NCBI GenBank assembly: GCA_951406725.2
Contig: OX597831.1
Span: 17,670,001 to 17,734,000, forward strand
DNA: 64,000 nucleotides
Direction of reading: 5' to 3'
DNA from: Octopus vulgaris
Lineage: Eukaryota
Below, piece after piece: positions 11,878-22,454 of this stretch. The notes under the pieces are model-generated. The model did not search any database. It was not told where the DNA came from and saw only the letters and a program-made list of their open reading frames with translations. How positions within the stretch are numbered: the stretch's first letter is position 1; each line of letters starts with the position of its first letter. A program made the position numbers and the translations under genes.

Positions 11878-14657
11878 ATGGATTACATTTATGTTGGTTG
11901 TTTGAATGTGCGCGGCCTGGGAGCAGGCTGGAAGCAAGGTCGCTTCCTGCATGATATCAGGTCGCGTAATTTAGATGTTATTGTTGCTACAGAAACCCGG
12001 TTAGAGGGGCAAAGAGGTCTACTCCCGCTGTTTGACGGCTACGAGAGTTTTTTCTCTCTGGCAGTCCTACTGGCAGAAGTGGGGTGTTGGTCCTAATAAA
12101 AAGAAACCGGGTTTCTGAGAAAAAGTTAATTTTTGCAGATCCAGAAGGTAGGCTGGTCGTCATGGATTTGACGTTCAGTAACGGTAAAGTTATCAGACTG
12201 GTTGCAATTTACGCACCCAACCATACAGGGCAAAGTGATTATTTTCGTGAACTAGAAAACTTTCTTGGTACTTCGCATTCATTAGTTGTGCTAGGAGACT
12301 TTAACACAATTTGTAAAGCGGATGTAGATTGTGTTCGCTCGCGTTCAGATAGAAAAGGTAACAGTGGCTTCATAGAACTGCTAAGCCGCTTTGAGCTAGC
12401 AGATCCTTATAGGCTGGAATTTCCGAACGCTCCATTGTGGACATGGTCAAACAGCGACGGATCTTCCAGGTCATATTTAGATAGAATACTAATTAGAAAA
12501 GTAGACAGAAAAATAGCTAAGTGTCCACAGTTTTACCCGATCAGCTACAGTGATCATAAAATGGTCACCTGTAAGCTTGACATAGATAAGGTTAAAAATA
12601 GAGGATCCGGTTACTGGAAACTTAATACGTCCCTTTTGGCGATTAAGGAGTACAAAGACCGGATTAGGACTATAATTCAGAGGGCACTATCTGGTACCAT
12701 CATTAATAACAAATGGTGGTACGCCCTCAAACGAGCCATCAAGTTCGAGTCAATTAGATATAGCATAGGAGTAGTGGCTAGAGAGGCTAGGATGGAAACT
12801 ACTCTAGTTAAGGAATTAGAGGAAGCCTTGAAAACTGGCTCTGCGGCTCAGGTGGCGTCCAAGAGACTGGTTTTAAACCACCACCTCGAGGCCAAACACA
12901 TGCGCTGCATTGTCAGGGCTAGGATCCGCGCAATAGGATGTGAAGGAATCAACGCTGTGAGATGGGCCCGATTGGTGGAAGCCAAGCGTGGTAACGATGC
13001 CACGATTCGATCTATGACGAACCAACAAGGTGAGTTGATAAACGAGCCCGAGGAGATGTGTGAGGCCTTTCAGGAGCACTTCGCTCAGCTTTTCGGTGAG
13101 TGCGGCGGACTGGATAGGAGGAGCGCCTTTACGGATCTACTCGACGGGATGCCGCGCTTATCGGGGCGAGATGCGGAGGGCTGTGAAGGGCCAATCACGC
13201 CTGAGGAAGTGGTTGAGGCAATGGCGGACTGCGGCGCGGGCAAGGCGCCGGGTTTGGATGGTCTACCCTATGAGTTATATAAGAGTATGCCAGACTTGTT
13301 CGGGCACCTACTGGCGGAGGTCTATGCGAACTGGCAGCAGAACGGTATATACCCAGATCTGTGCGCCGGGGAGTAGTGACACTCGTCAGAAAGGACCCGA
13401 GCAAGGGGGAGTGTATTGATAAATTCAGGCCCATCACTCTGCTAAACACAGAGTTGAAGATTTTGGCCAAAGTGTTATCGAAAAGATTGGCGCGTGTCAC
13501 GGATGGTCTGATCGGGGAGGCACAGACATGTGCCGTTCCGGGCAGAACCATTCAGGATAATCTCCATCTAATGCGGTATACTATAGAGGGTTTTAATAGT
13601 GATTCTGGCAAGCGTGGGGCACTGGTCCATTTAGACCAATCTAAAGCATTTGATAGGGTCGGCCATCGGTACCTGGTATCTGCCCTGGCACAGTTGGTTG
13701 ATCAAGTTGGAAAGACAGCTCTTCTACTTCTTGTGGAAGGGCGGGAAACCACTTGTGAAACGCTCTACTTGCTGTCAACAACCGTTAAAGGGTGGGCTAG
13801 GGATGCCTTGGCTGATGATACGCAGACATGCGCTGAGGTTAAAACATCTGTGGCTCTACCTGGATGGTGAACGGGTGTGGTCTCCGCTAGCAAAACTGAT
13901 GTTTCCCAAGTTCACTAGTTTCGGTGGATGGGAAACCTGGCTGAATCGTAGATCGAAACTTGGTACTTGGTACACGGAGTGTCGCAAGGCTCTCCTGCTA
14001 TTCCGTCGCTCAGGTAACGCCTGCGGTGGGGGTTCCACCACATTCTTCTATAGAGGGTTGGTAGAGGCGGAATGTGAAGATACCTTGGGGGAAACCCTAG
14101 GTCTCGACGATAATCAGCTGGCCAGTCTGTTCCGACGTACGTTCAAGCCGAAGACACTGGACAACTTCCAGAAGTCTCTGGCATGGCAATGCTACAGAGG
14201 AGCTCTACCTGTTCGGGATAAACTCGCAAGGCACGGTGGCCGAGACAGTCCGATATGTCCAAGATGCGGGCGGGACAGGGAAACCGTTCCGCACGCTATT
14301 GTTCATTGTCCGGACGTGTCTGAGGTGTGGGTTAATGCCGAACAGCTGTTGTCAAGTACACGAAGAGTACAGCTGTCGACTGAGTCGATTACAAAAATTG
14401 ACCCACCGGATTTCCTCGCGAATGAAGGTAAGTTTCGTTTTCTCGTTGTAGTAGCAATTGCGAAAGAGGTGATATGGAAGACGAGAATGAAAGGTCTACA
14501 ATCAGGCAAGTTCATCTCCGGCCCTGGTTTGATGAATTATTTCATCTTTCACCTGAAAAGGAAGATAGGGCTGGAGAGAATATGCCTGACTAAGAGAGTG
14601 TATGAAGAACGATGGAAAGATGTAGCACGAAAGTTGCGAGTGAATGATACAACATAA
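11878..14657 (+). pseudogene. Unit 6 ORF2: AP endonuclease - reverse transcriptase (core deleted) - zf-RVT-like zinc finger
   Basis: APE motifs LNVRGL, TET, IYAPN, LGDFN, SYLDRILI, SDH, GYWKLN. RT motifs KAPGLDGLPYELY, FRPITLLNTELKILAK, LDQSKAFDRV. At ~13690 it jumps to the post-RT FLWKG..GGLG region. C-terminal CPRCGRDRETVPHAIVHC. Confidence 0.9.
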
Positions 14658-14863
14658 ATGTAAAACCAAACGAAACCAAAAGTATCAGTGGGGAGGCGGG
14701 TCTCGTGGGGTCAGAGCTAAACCCGCACCCACTCCACCCGTAATGTCTTCCGGTCTGTTCCAACATTCGATTTCTTGCTATTTTTGTAAATTTCTGTAAA
14801 TTTTTAAAATTCGCTTTTTTGTAAAACCCATTTGTGTGTCTGACCCCATCATCAGATAGTATT

Positions 14864-15659
14864 ATATTATTATGAGAGTGTGGGTGGAGGGTAGGGCGCC
14901 CAGGTGCTACAAGTGTGGCCTGAGGGGTCACATAAGAGGCTACTGCCCTCCCCCACCAAAGGAAAAAAGAAAAGGAAATCGTCACGGAAGCCCCAAAAGA
15001 GGAAGAAACTAAAGAGAAACAAACAGAAAAGGAAACGACAGAAGAAGAGGAGATGCAACAAGAATGGGAAGAAGGCAGAAAAAAGAGAAAAAGAAAGAAA
15101 AAGAAAAACTGTGCGAAGCCCCAACCCACCCCAACACCACCCACACCCTTGGAGACCCATCCTGCCCCTACAAACAGCGATTCCAACCACTCCCCGCCTA
15201 CAAGAAAAACAAAAACAGACACTCAGAACAAACAAGAGCCCCAGACCTACTTTTTGTGTGTTGTGAGGAAGGGGGACACCGAGGACGCAAAAATGATTTT
15301 TCATAATGACGTATGGCAAGTGTATGAAGACGGCAGTTACGCGGTGTGTGATTTTGAATTTATGGACTCATTGACGAACAAGTGTAACGAATTGTGTATA
15401 AATTTGGTGAAAGCGTATATGAGGGATGATATGATAGAGATGTATGAAGGAGAAATGAAGGGTGTGGTACACGGGTTTGGAATTGTGATGGGAAACGGAC
15501 AGGTAAGTGATGCTGGCGGAGGGGGCCGTTAGCATCGCTTTCATATTATCATTTTTTCATTTTAATATTCATTTGCTCATAATTTTAATCATATTGTTTT
15601 ATATCCCCCATGTCTTGTAATGTCCCCTCTTCGTCGCCCCTAGTGGGTAATAAAGAAAT
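14864..15659 (+). mobile_element. Unit 7: 5'-truncated ORF1-only unit with a distinct C-terminal domain
   Basis: 14864-15215 is nearly identical to unit 5 at 9473-9820. ORF 15053-15532 then encodes a different C-terminal domain, followed by the shared 3' UTR/tail. Confidence 0.78.
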
Positions 15660-17315
15660 AGGTTGTGTTTTTTTGCGCTCTGTGAAATTCGGTAAAAAAA
15701 GAAAAAAGAACAAAAAGTATTGTTGTTGTTGTAGAAATTTTGAACGTTGTTGATGCGGTTTCGCGTTACACTGGTTCTACGAGTTACACTTTTTCTGTTC
15801 GGGCGGCCGTTTTCGGTCTGTCAGACAGAAGGAAATGGACTTTGATTCCCTATCAGACTTGTCTACGTCTGAGGAGGAACTGGAACAGGCAGTGAGAATG
15901 ATGGATCGAAAGCTGGGTTATACCTATGCCGGTGTAACCAAGAAGGCGGAAGAGAAAGGGGTGGACTAGACCAAGCTGCCAAGTTACCAGAAATATATGA
16001 AAAAGGATAGCGGTGAGGTCGAACTAGCACCGACACCCAAGAGAAAAGAATGGTATGATAAAAGGACCATTATATACAGGGTGTTCGCAAACGAAAGGAA
16101 GAAGATAGAAGTTGTAAACATGGAGTGGAGAGAGGAGGCGCTGAGAAGAACGGAGGAGGAAATTAATTTTCTGACTCGAGGATCAAAGTATGGTACTGTA
16201 GTGGTACAGTTTAAAAGTGAGAATGCAGCAAGGAAGATGGCGCCGAAGGCGGTGAAATCCGAGAAGGTAACTCTTTTGCCTACATATCTAAATAGAAGGA
16301 TTACACGAGTAAGGGTGGAGGGAGTGCCACCAAACGTTGAGGCAGAGTGGATTGTGGCGGCTGTGATCAGCGGCCACGAGGAGGAAGTGGATATTCTCCA
16401 TGCCTCGGTTAAGACCGAGGGCTGGAGAGGCGTAACAGTGAAACTGAACGTGCAGGCAGAGAACGAAGTACTAGTGGACCTGGCGGAAAGCATCAGATTG
16501 GGAGACGTGATCATGAGAGTGTGGGTGGAGGGCAGAGCTCCACGTTGTTACAAGTGTGGCCTGAGGGGGTCACATAAGAGCCTTCTGCCCTCCCACAGTG
16601 AAAGAAATGGATTCCGAACCACAGAGAGAGAAGCAGAAACCAGAGAAGGAGACAGTAGAAGAAGAGAATTCTCAGAAATGGAAAGAAACTGGGAATAAGA
16701 GGAAGAGGAGAATACGAGGAAAATAAAATAACATGGAACACCAATCCACCCCAACACCACCCACACCCTCTGAGACCCACCCTATCCCTGCAGACAGTGA
16801 ACCCACCCGCTCCCCTCCAACAAGAAAACAAAAGAAAAAAATAATACAGACAGACAAGAGTTTGAACACGAACCCAGGCCGAACATTTATATTATGACTG
16901 AACAGAAAGAAGTGAAAAGGGTAATGGAAGAGTATAAATGGTATGAAATGGATGGGACCAGATATGCAGTGCTGGAAAAGAAGAATATAGATGAGTTTGT
17001 GTTGAGGTGTGAAAGGGAGAATTGGGAGGTGAAAGATACAAGAATGAGCGATGAATTCGTGGAAAATATGGAGGAGTATTTCGGAGTAAGAATGGATATG
17101 GATGGTCTTCGTATTGGGAATGAACATTCAGGTGACAGTGAAAACAAAAGGACAGGTAAGTGATGCTGGCGGAGGGGGCCGTTAGCATCGCTTTCATATT
17201 ATCATTTTTCATTTTAAATATTCATTTGCTCATAAATTTAATCATTTTGTTCTATGTCCCCCATGTTTTGTTATGTAAGCCAATCTTCGTAGCCCCTGGT
17301 GGGTAATAAAGAAAT
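15660..17315 (+). mobile_element. Unit 8: ORF1-only unit (ORF remnants 15835-17163 with stops and frameshifts)
   Basis: ORF 15997-16698 resembles units 2-4; ORF 16894-17163 resembles the unit 5 C-terminal domain; shared termini. Confidence 0.8.
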
Positions 17316-17801
17316 AACATGGAGGAAAGCGCCTTCGAAAAGTTTGTTGGTGCGATTATGAAAGATATCTAATCTGAGGCGGTAAATTCGCCACAATAGA
17401 AGCAAGGTTCGAGTCAACGGAGAGTGCAAGGGAGTACTCGACTCGAACTTGATAAGTGCAAATATTTTATTTTTACCGTTATGTAAAAAAAAAATTTATG
17501 TCCCCCTCCCCTTGTAGGCTTGATGGTAGACACACTTCTATACAAGCGGGAGGACAAGATACAATTGATCGAAATTACAACAGACGGGCTAACAATTCCA
17601 GCCTGTTATATATTTTGAGTATTGTCATCACTGGCGATATCAAGATATAACTTTGTATTTTGTATTTTATATCTAGATGTATATATATAGATGTACCTGT
17701 AATATGGACACATATATATATATATACATATATATACATGCACTAGCACTATGACCCAGGATCGACGGGTCTTTAATGCTGGTTCTTAATATAAAATAAA
17801 G

Positions 17802-18606
17802 TACATTTAAACATAAGATACGCCTGCATACGGCAGGCAGTTTTTACACGCTAGAAGAAGTAGTCAAAACGCCCAAAACCACAATTAAGAGCAATCGTCA
17901 AAGGGAATAAAATATATCTTTTGCCTCCTTATTTTAATCCGGTCAGACCGAGGTTTCTGATTTAGCAACTAAAATATTTTTGCTAGGCGAAATTTTTTTA
18001 TCAGTGACCGGGCCATAACACTAAGATGTCATTAAGAGACAATTAACACGTGTCTTATTAACCGAACAGGCGCATTACCAGCCGGCGGTAAATGAATGAC
18101 TGCCGAAATAATGTTTTAAAAATTGATCAAAATCATATACGTGTGATTTAAACTCTACATTTAAACTCAAGAGAAACCTGCCTTCAACAGGCAGATTTTC
18201 CACGCTAGAAGTAGTAACAACCACCAACACAATATACGTATATGTCTTTAGCAATTTCTTAGTGATTAGTTCTGTAGTCGTTTATTTACCGTCGATTGAT
18301 ACATCGCTTGCGCAGTGGATTTCAAATGTTATAATGTATAACGAAGAGACACGTGTTAATCGTCTCTTAATTTTATGTTAGTGTTATGGCGCGGTTACTG
18401 ATGAAAACTTTCGCCTTGGAAATTATCTTATTTGCGAAAAAAATTTAGAAATCTCTGTCAGACCGGAATAAAGTAACAAGATTAAATTTATTCTTTTTCA
18501 TTCCTTTTGAAGATTGTTCTTAAGTGTTGTTTTGGTAGTATTGACTCTTTCTTCTAGCGTATAAAACCTGCCTGTTGGACGCAGATTTCCCTTTTGCTTA
18601 AATGTA
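17802..18606. mobile_element. Foldback/MITE-like element with ~260-bp imperfect TIRs
   Basis: 17802-18060 is the reverse complement of ~18345-18606. Ends are tacatttaa...ttaaatgta (TA-flanked). A third partial terminus lies at 18157-18215. Confidence 0.65.
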
Positions 18607-18735
18607 AACTATTTCATATTGAGAATATGCTGTCTATTGTCTTTTTATACAAGCTAGGACGCTTGTAGTGAAATTTATTTTTAAAAAAACCCTCATAACC
18701 ACACACATATGTATAAATAAAAAATAAATAAATAA

Positions 18736-18794
<59 letters not shown>

Positions 18795-19689
18795 TTTATT
18801 AGGTTAGCTGCACTGTTTCAGCTTTCGCATGATATATTGTTGTACAGCTGTGCTTCCATAATGGAAGTCTGAACTGAATTTTGTGTCTTTGTTACAGTGT
18901 TTCCCTTCTGAATTATCAGATGCGACGGGAAAAATAACTGCGCAAATAAGCAAAAACAGTCTTCATCGATAGATCGAACTGTTTGTAGAACGTTAGAAGA
19001 GGTTCATTGAAAAGCAAGGAAAGTTTCTGGAAAAATGCCATTCGATTCTGTATAATGAAGTATATAAACCAAATTTTATTTCAAAGTTGATTAATTTAGT
19101 TACATAAATATAGTTATATATATAAAGGGGACATACTTGCAACTGCTACTGTGTCTTTTATAGGCAGCAAGATCTTTGGGGCACGCGTGTTCTGCAGCCC
19201 TTCCGCATCCAGTGTCCCATATGTCGGTTACAACAACTGAAACGTCGAAAATTCCTAATTTATTCTTAAATGCTTCACAATTGGGAAATATTACAATGTT
19301 AATTACAACACGGGCGAAATAAAATGAAAATTTCAGTTATTTTCTATTCTTATGCTAGACCGTATACGTTTATATATATCTAAGGGCTCATTGATTTATA
19401 AATTCTGTATTCTACACACACAAACACACACACTCACTAACATGCATACATGGACACACACTAACCACTCAGATTCTCACAGACGCATATACGTTTCTAT
19501 AGGTACAAGTTGTGGAATCTGAAAGCTTGACAATAAATGACTGAGAATTGCGTTGTGGAATTGTGTATGCATTAAAGCAGCTCTTCATAAATAGCTACCA
19601 TCTTTCTGATAAACTCATAAATGCCGCTTCAAAAACAACTTAAATAGTTAGTAGCGAATTCTGGACAAAATACTTTACTGCAAAACGAA

Positions 19690-20120
19690 CAGAAAAATGG
19701 TTTAATCTGCATAGGTGTGCATGTGGGCAAGGTTGCTACTTCAGGGGTGATGTTAGAGCAATAGAAACAGAGGAAAAGTTTGTCAGATGAATTTAGGTGA
19801 GGAATGGATTGACTTGAAAATAATGCGATGCCTGGACGTCCTGCAACTGCCGCTATAGTGGAAGACATTACTGGTCTTCCCCATATGGTAACAGATAACA
19901 TGTGACTTGTTTCAAAATCAAATTACCAACGTTACTAGCATATCGAGTGAGACAATTACAGATATTATGGGTAATGAATCTGGCGTGATTTGGGATTTTG
20001 CTCGATGGATACCACGTCATCTCACACGTAAACAAAAGCACATCTGACTGATCACATCACAGGAAAATATCACAATATTTGAAACAGATCCATTCGGCTT
20101 CATTGAAAATTTCCTAAAAT
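19690..20120 (+). mobile_element. Old mariner transposase remnant (mirror copy at ~31420-31850, - strand)
   Basis: Interrupted translation ...LENNAMPGRPATA...ARWIPRHLTRKQK...DPFGFIENFL (mariner GRP and WVPRxL motifs). Confidence 0.7.
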
Positions 20121-20169
20121 CGTTCCGTATTGGTAATTTTGATATGTTGTGATAGTACAATATAAAATT

Positions 20170-20350
20170 ATATTATTTATTTATTGCTCACGGGGACCTA
20201 ATCAGGGCGGTGACAAACAAGGCCAGACATCGACCTCAGAGCGTAACTGCTACATATTTAAAAGACCCCGAATGGATGAAGTACAAAGGGCACCTCCACG
20301 ACATGTCAACTCAGAACGAAATCCGAGATGAAATACCACCGTCTGCACGC
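20170..20350 (-). mobile_element. tRNA-type SINE remnant (mirror of 31190-31370)
   Basis: Reverse complement contains gttctgagtt..ttcatccattcggggtc and the tail ttgtttgtc..ccccgtgagcaataaataaat. Confidence 0.6.
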
Positions 20351-20504
20351 CCATCATGCTCTAAGAATTTCACTTGAAAATAACATTTTAATATATGTTT
20401 CTAAAATATTCACTACGTTAATTCGTGTGCGTTCCTTAGTTTAAACATCCTGGTACTATCAAAAGAAAACTATCGTGAGCAAGAATATCTTTTAAGTAAA
20501 GTAG

Positions 20505-20925
20505 TTTTATTAACCTTATTAATGGTGTTGATTTGGCAGCCAACAAGTTCACACTGCTGCAGTCAGAATATAAGGCGAATTTAGAATCAGTAGGGTATAT
20601 AATACCACTTGCTAAAATCAGAGTCAAGGCTCCAAAACTACTATAAGCTTACAATAAATATAAACGCTAGCAATCCAATGCAGGTAATCCAAAGGTTATT
20701 GAAATATACATAACTTCCTGTTGTATTCAAAGCAAAGGTAAGCCTATTTCTAATGTGTTCATAGCATTGCTCTTAGGAATCTTTATCGTGAGTTTATGGT
20801 GGTCTGGATTATTAGCGCTGATTTTAGCAAGTGGTATTATATGCCCTGATGGTTCTAAATTCCCCTCATATAGCGCCTGTAGCGGTGTGAAGTTACCTTA
20901 TTAATACCATTAATAACGGTAATAA
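20505..20925. mobile_element. MITE-like element with ~120-bp imperfect TIRs
   Basis: 20505-20625 (..gggtatataataccacttgctaaaatcag) is inverted at 20817-20925 (ctgattttagcaagtggtattatatgccc..). A shorter version lies at 28945-29100. Confidence 0.6.
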
Positions 20926-21254
20926 TACATCTGTATTTCCATTATGTTGTTTTCTTTTAGTGTCAGCACTACTACTGTATTGAACTATTTAATAACATTT
21001 TGTTTGAAACTTTTTAAACTGTTCTCGGTCTGCTGACGTCTAGGCGTTCAGACGAGTAATATTGGCATTGATGTAGGTACATTTGAAACTTTGTCTAGGT
21101 GAATCCAACGGAAAAAGGACCAATGAAATTTACATAAATAAAAGTGATTTAAAATGTTCGAAACCTAGATTATCGACATTCGGGTTGTATATTTATATAA
21201 TGGTCATTTATTTAACGTCCTTCCTTCATGTCCGCAACTCGCAAACATTCTTTC

Positions 21255-21256
<2 letters not shown>

Positions 21257-21326
<70 letters not shown>

Positions 21327-21461
21327 GTATATATGTATATATGTATATATATGTATATATGTATATATATATATATGTATATATATAAATGTATATATAT
21401 ATATGTATATATACATATGTATATATATATATGTATATATATATATATGTATATATATATG

Positions 21462-21512
<51 letters not shown>
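21257..21512. repeat. (TA)n microsatellite, representative of many (e.g. 28550, 32894, 33436, 34906, 36735, 38855, 41920, 57350, 59221, 59636, 62680)
   Basis: Directly visible. Confidence 0.95.
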
Positions 21513-21514
<2 letters not shown>

Positions 21515-22131
21515 CGTGGGTGGGGGCGTATAATGAATATGGTGTGGAATGGGCGGATAAAGTATTAACATATGTATATCAGCATAGAATTCTAGATAAC
21601 TTAATAGATAACCATTTATGTAATGTAATTTTCTAAACACTTACCAAGGTTAGGAAGCAAAAGATATATGTAGATTGCTATCATGGTTCTGTTGCCTCTC
21701 ATATTCCACGTCTTATCTCTTGCATAGGTAAATACGTCACATATAACATCATTCGTATTATATACAACACTTTGATGTAACAGGTGCTTTTCCTAGAATG
21801 GCACAACGTATAAATTTCACTTTATGATTGTTTTCACTGCCTTTGTTTTCATTATTTGACGATTCGCATTTTTTATGTCCGACAAGTTTTATGTATGTGG
21901 AATGATATATTTCAACCACCGTATATACACTTTTTAACCCTAACGCTAAACGCACAATGGAAAGAATTTTCTGAGATGTACCTATCCAAAGGAACGATTT
22001 AGCAATATCAAAGTCGATTATAGCTGAGATACACGGAAATTCATAAATATATACATTAAATTCCATCCAATTCTATAAACAGATAGGACCAAACCGACGT
22101 TACTTAGTGCACATTATTGTTGATGATGATT

Positions 22132-22167
<36 letters not shown>

Positions 22168-22454
22168 ATGATGATGATGTCTACGACGACGACAGCTAGG
22201 ATGATGATGATGATGAAGAAGAAAAATATGAAGACGAAGAATAATATGAAGAAAAATAAGAAGCAGAAGAGGAAGAAGAAGGAGAAGAAGAAGAAGAAGA
22301 AGAAGAAGAAGAAGAAGAAGAAGAAGAAATGACCGGTGAAATTGAATAAAGGAACCTGTTGAATATTTGATGGAAGCGGCTTTTTAATGAAAATAATCGC
22401 AAAAAATGAAATTTATTGCCATAGAAAGCACAATTTAACAATGCTCTGATGCAG

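Larger units (their letters stand above)
10289..14860 (+). mobile_element. Unit 6: two-ORF L1/Tx1-clade LINE (defective copy)
   Basis: Same 5' motif as the other units, then a CCHC ORF1, an ORF2 with APE, partial RT and C-terminal zinc finger, and a 3' UTR that is cut off by unit 7. Confidence 0.88.
1746..17315 (+). mobile_element. Head-to-tail tandem array of eight L1/Tx1-type non-LTR units (seven ORF1-only, one ORF1+ORF2)
   Basis: The 3' end CCCCT(T/A/G)GTGGGTAATAAA(GAAAT) recurs at ~3532, 5211, 6886, 8619, 10288, 15659 and 17315. At each internal junction it is followed by (GGT)CG(T/G)GTTTTTTT(G/C)CG. Every unit has a homologous CCHC-knuckle ORF. Confidence 0.85.
18790..22200. repeat. Left arm of inverted duplication 1
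   Basis: Reverse-complement matches: 18790-20350 to ~31150-32895; 20815-21260 to 28610-29045; 21570-22200 to 26270-26625. Confidence 0.85.

Noticed and set aside
1889-17212. Many recurring minus-strand ORFs over the array (e.g. 3968-4408, 5859-6482, 9405-10109)
   Set aside because: Antisense shadows of purine-rich ORF1. They recur only because the units are repeated.
1746-17315. Reading the array as LTR-retrotransposon gag genes, a host gene cluster or a CRISPR-like array
   Set aside because: There are no LTRs, PBS, protease or integrase. The ORFs are intronless and homologous to ORF1 of the APE-RT element. The units are kb-scale, coding and eukaryotic.
1746-17315. Telomere-maintenance role by analogy with HeT-A/TART
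   Set aside because: The array is interstitial with ordinary flanks and no telomeric repeats. The analogy is architectural only.
19629-19901. Conserved 90-aa ORF pair (19629-19901 / 31641-31913) and similar pairs at 40-44 kb / 52-61 kb
   Set aside because: Conservation reflects the inverted duplication. This pair is antisense to a mariner remnant.
21083-21640. YIYIYI-, poly-I/M/K/F/Y- and CVCV-rich ORFs here and throughout the window
   Set aside because: These are translations of microsatellites.
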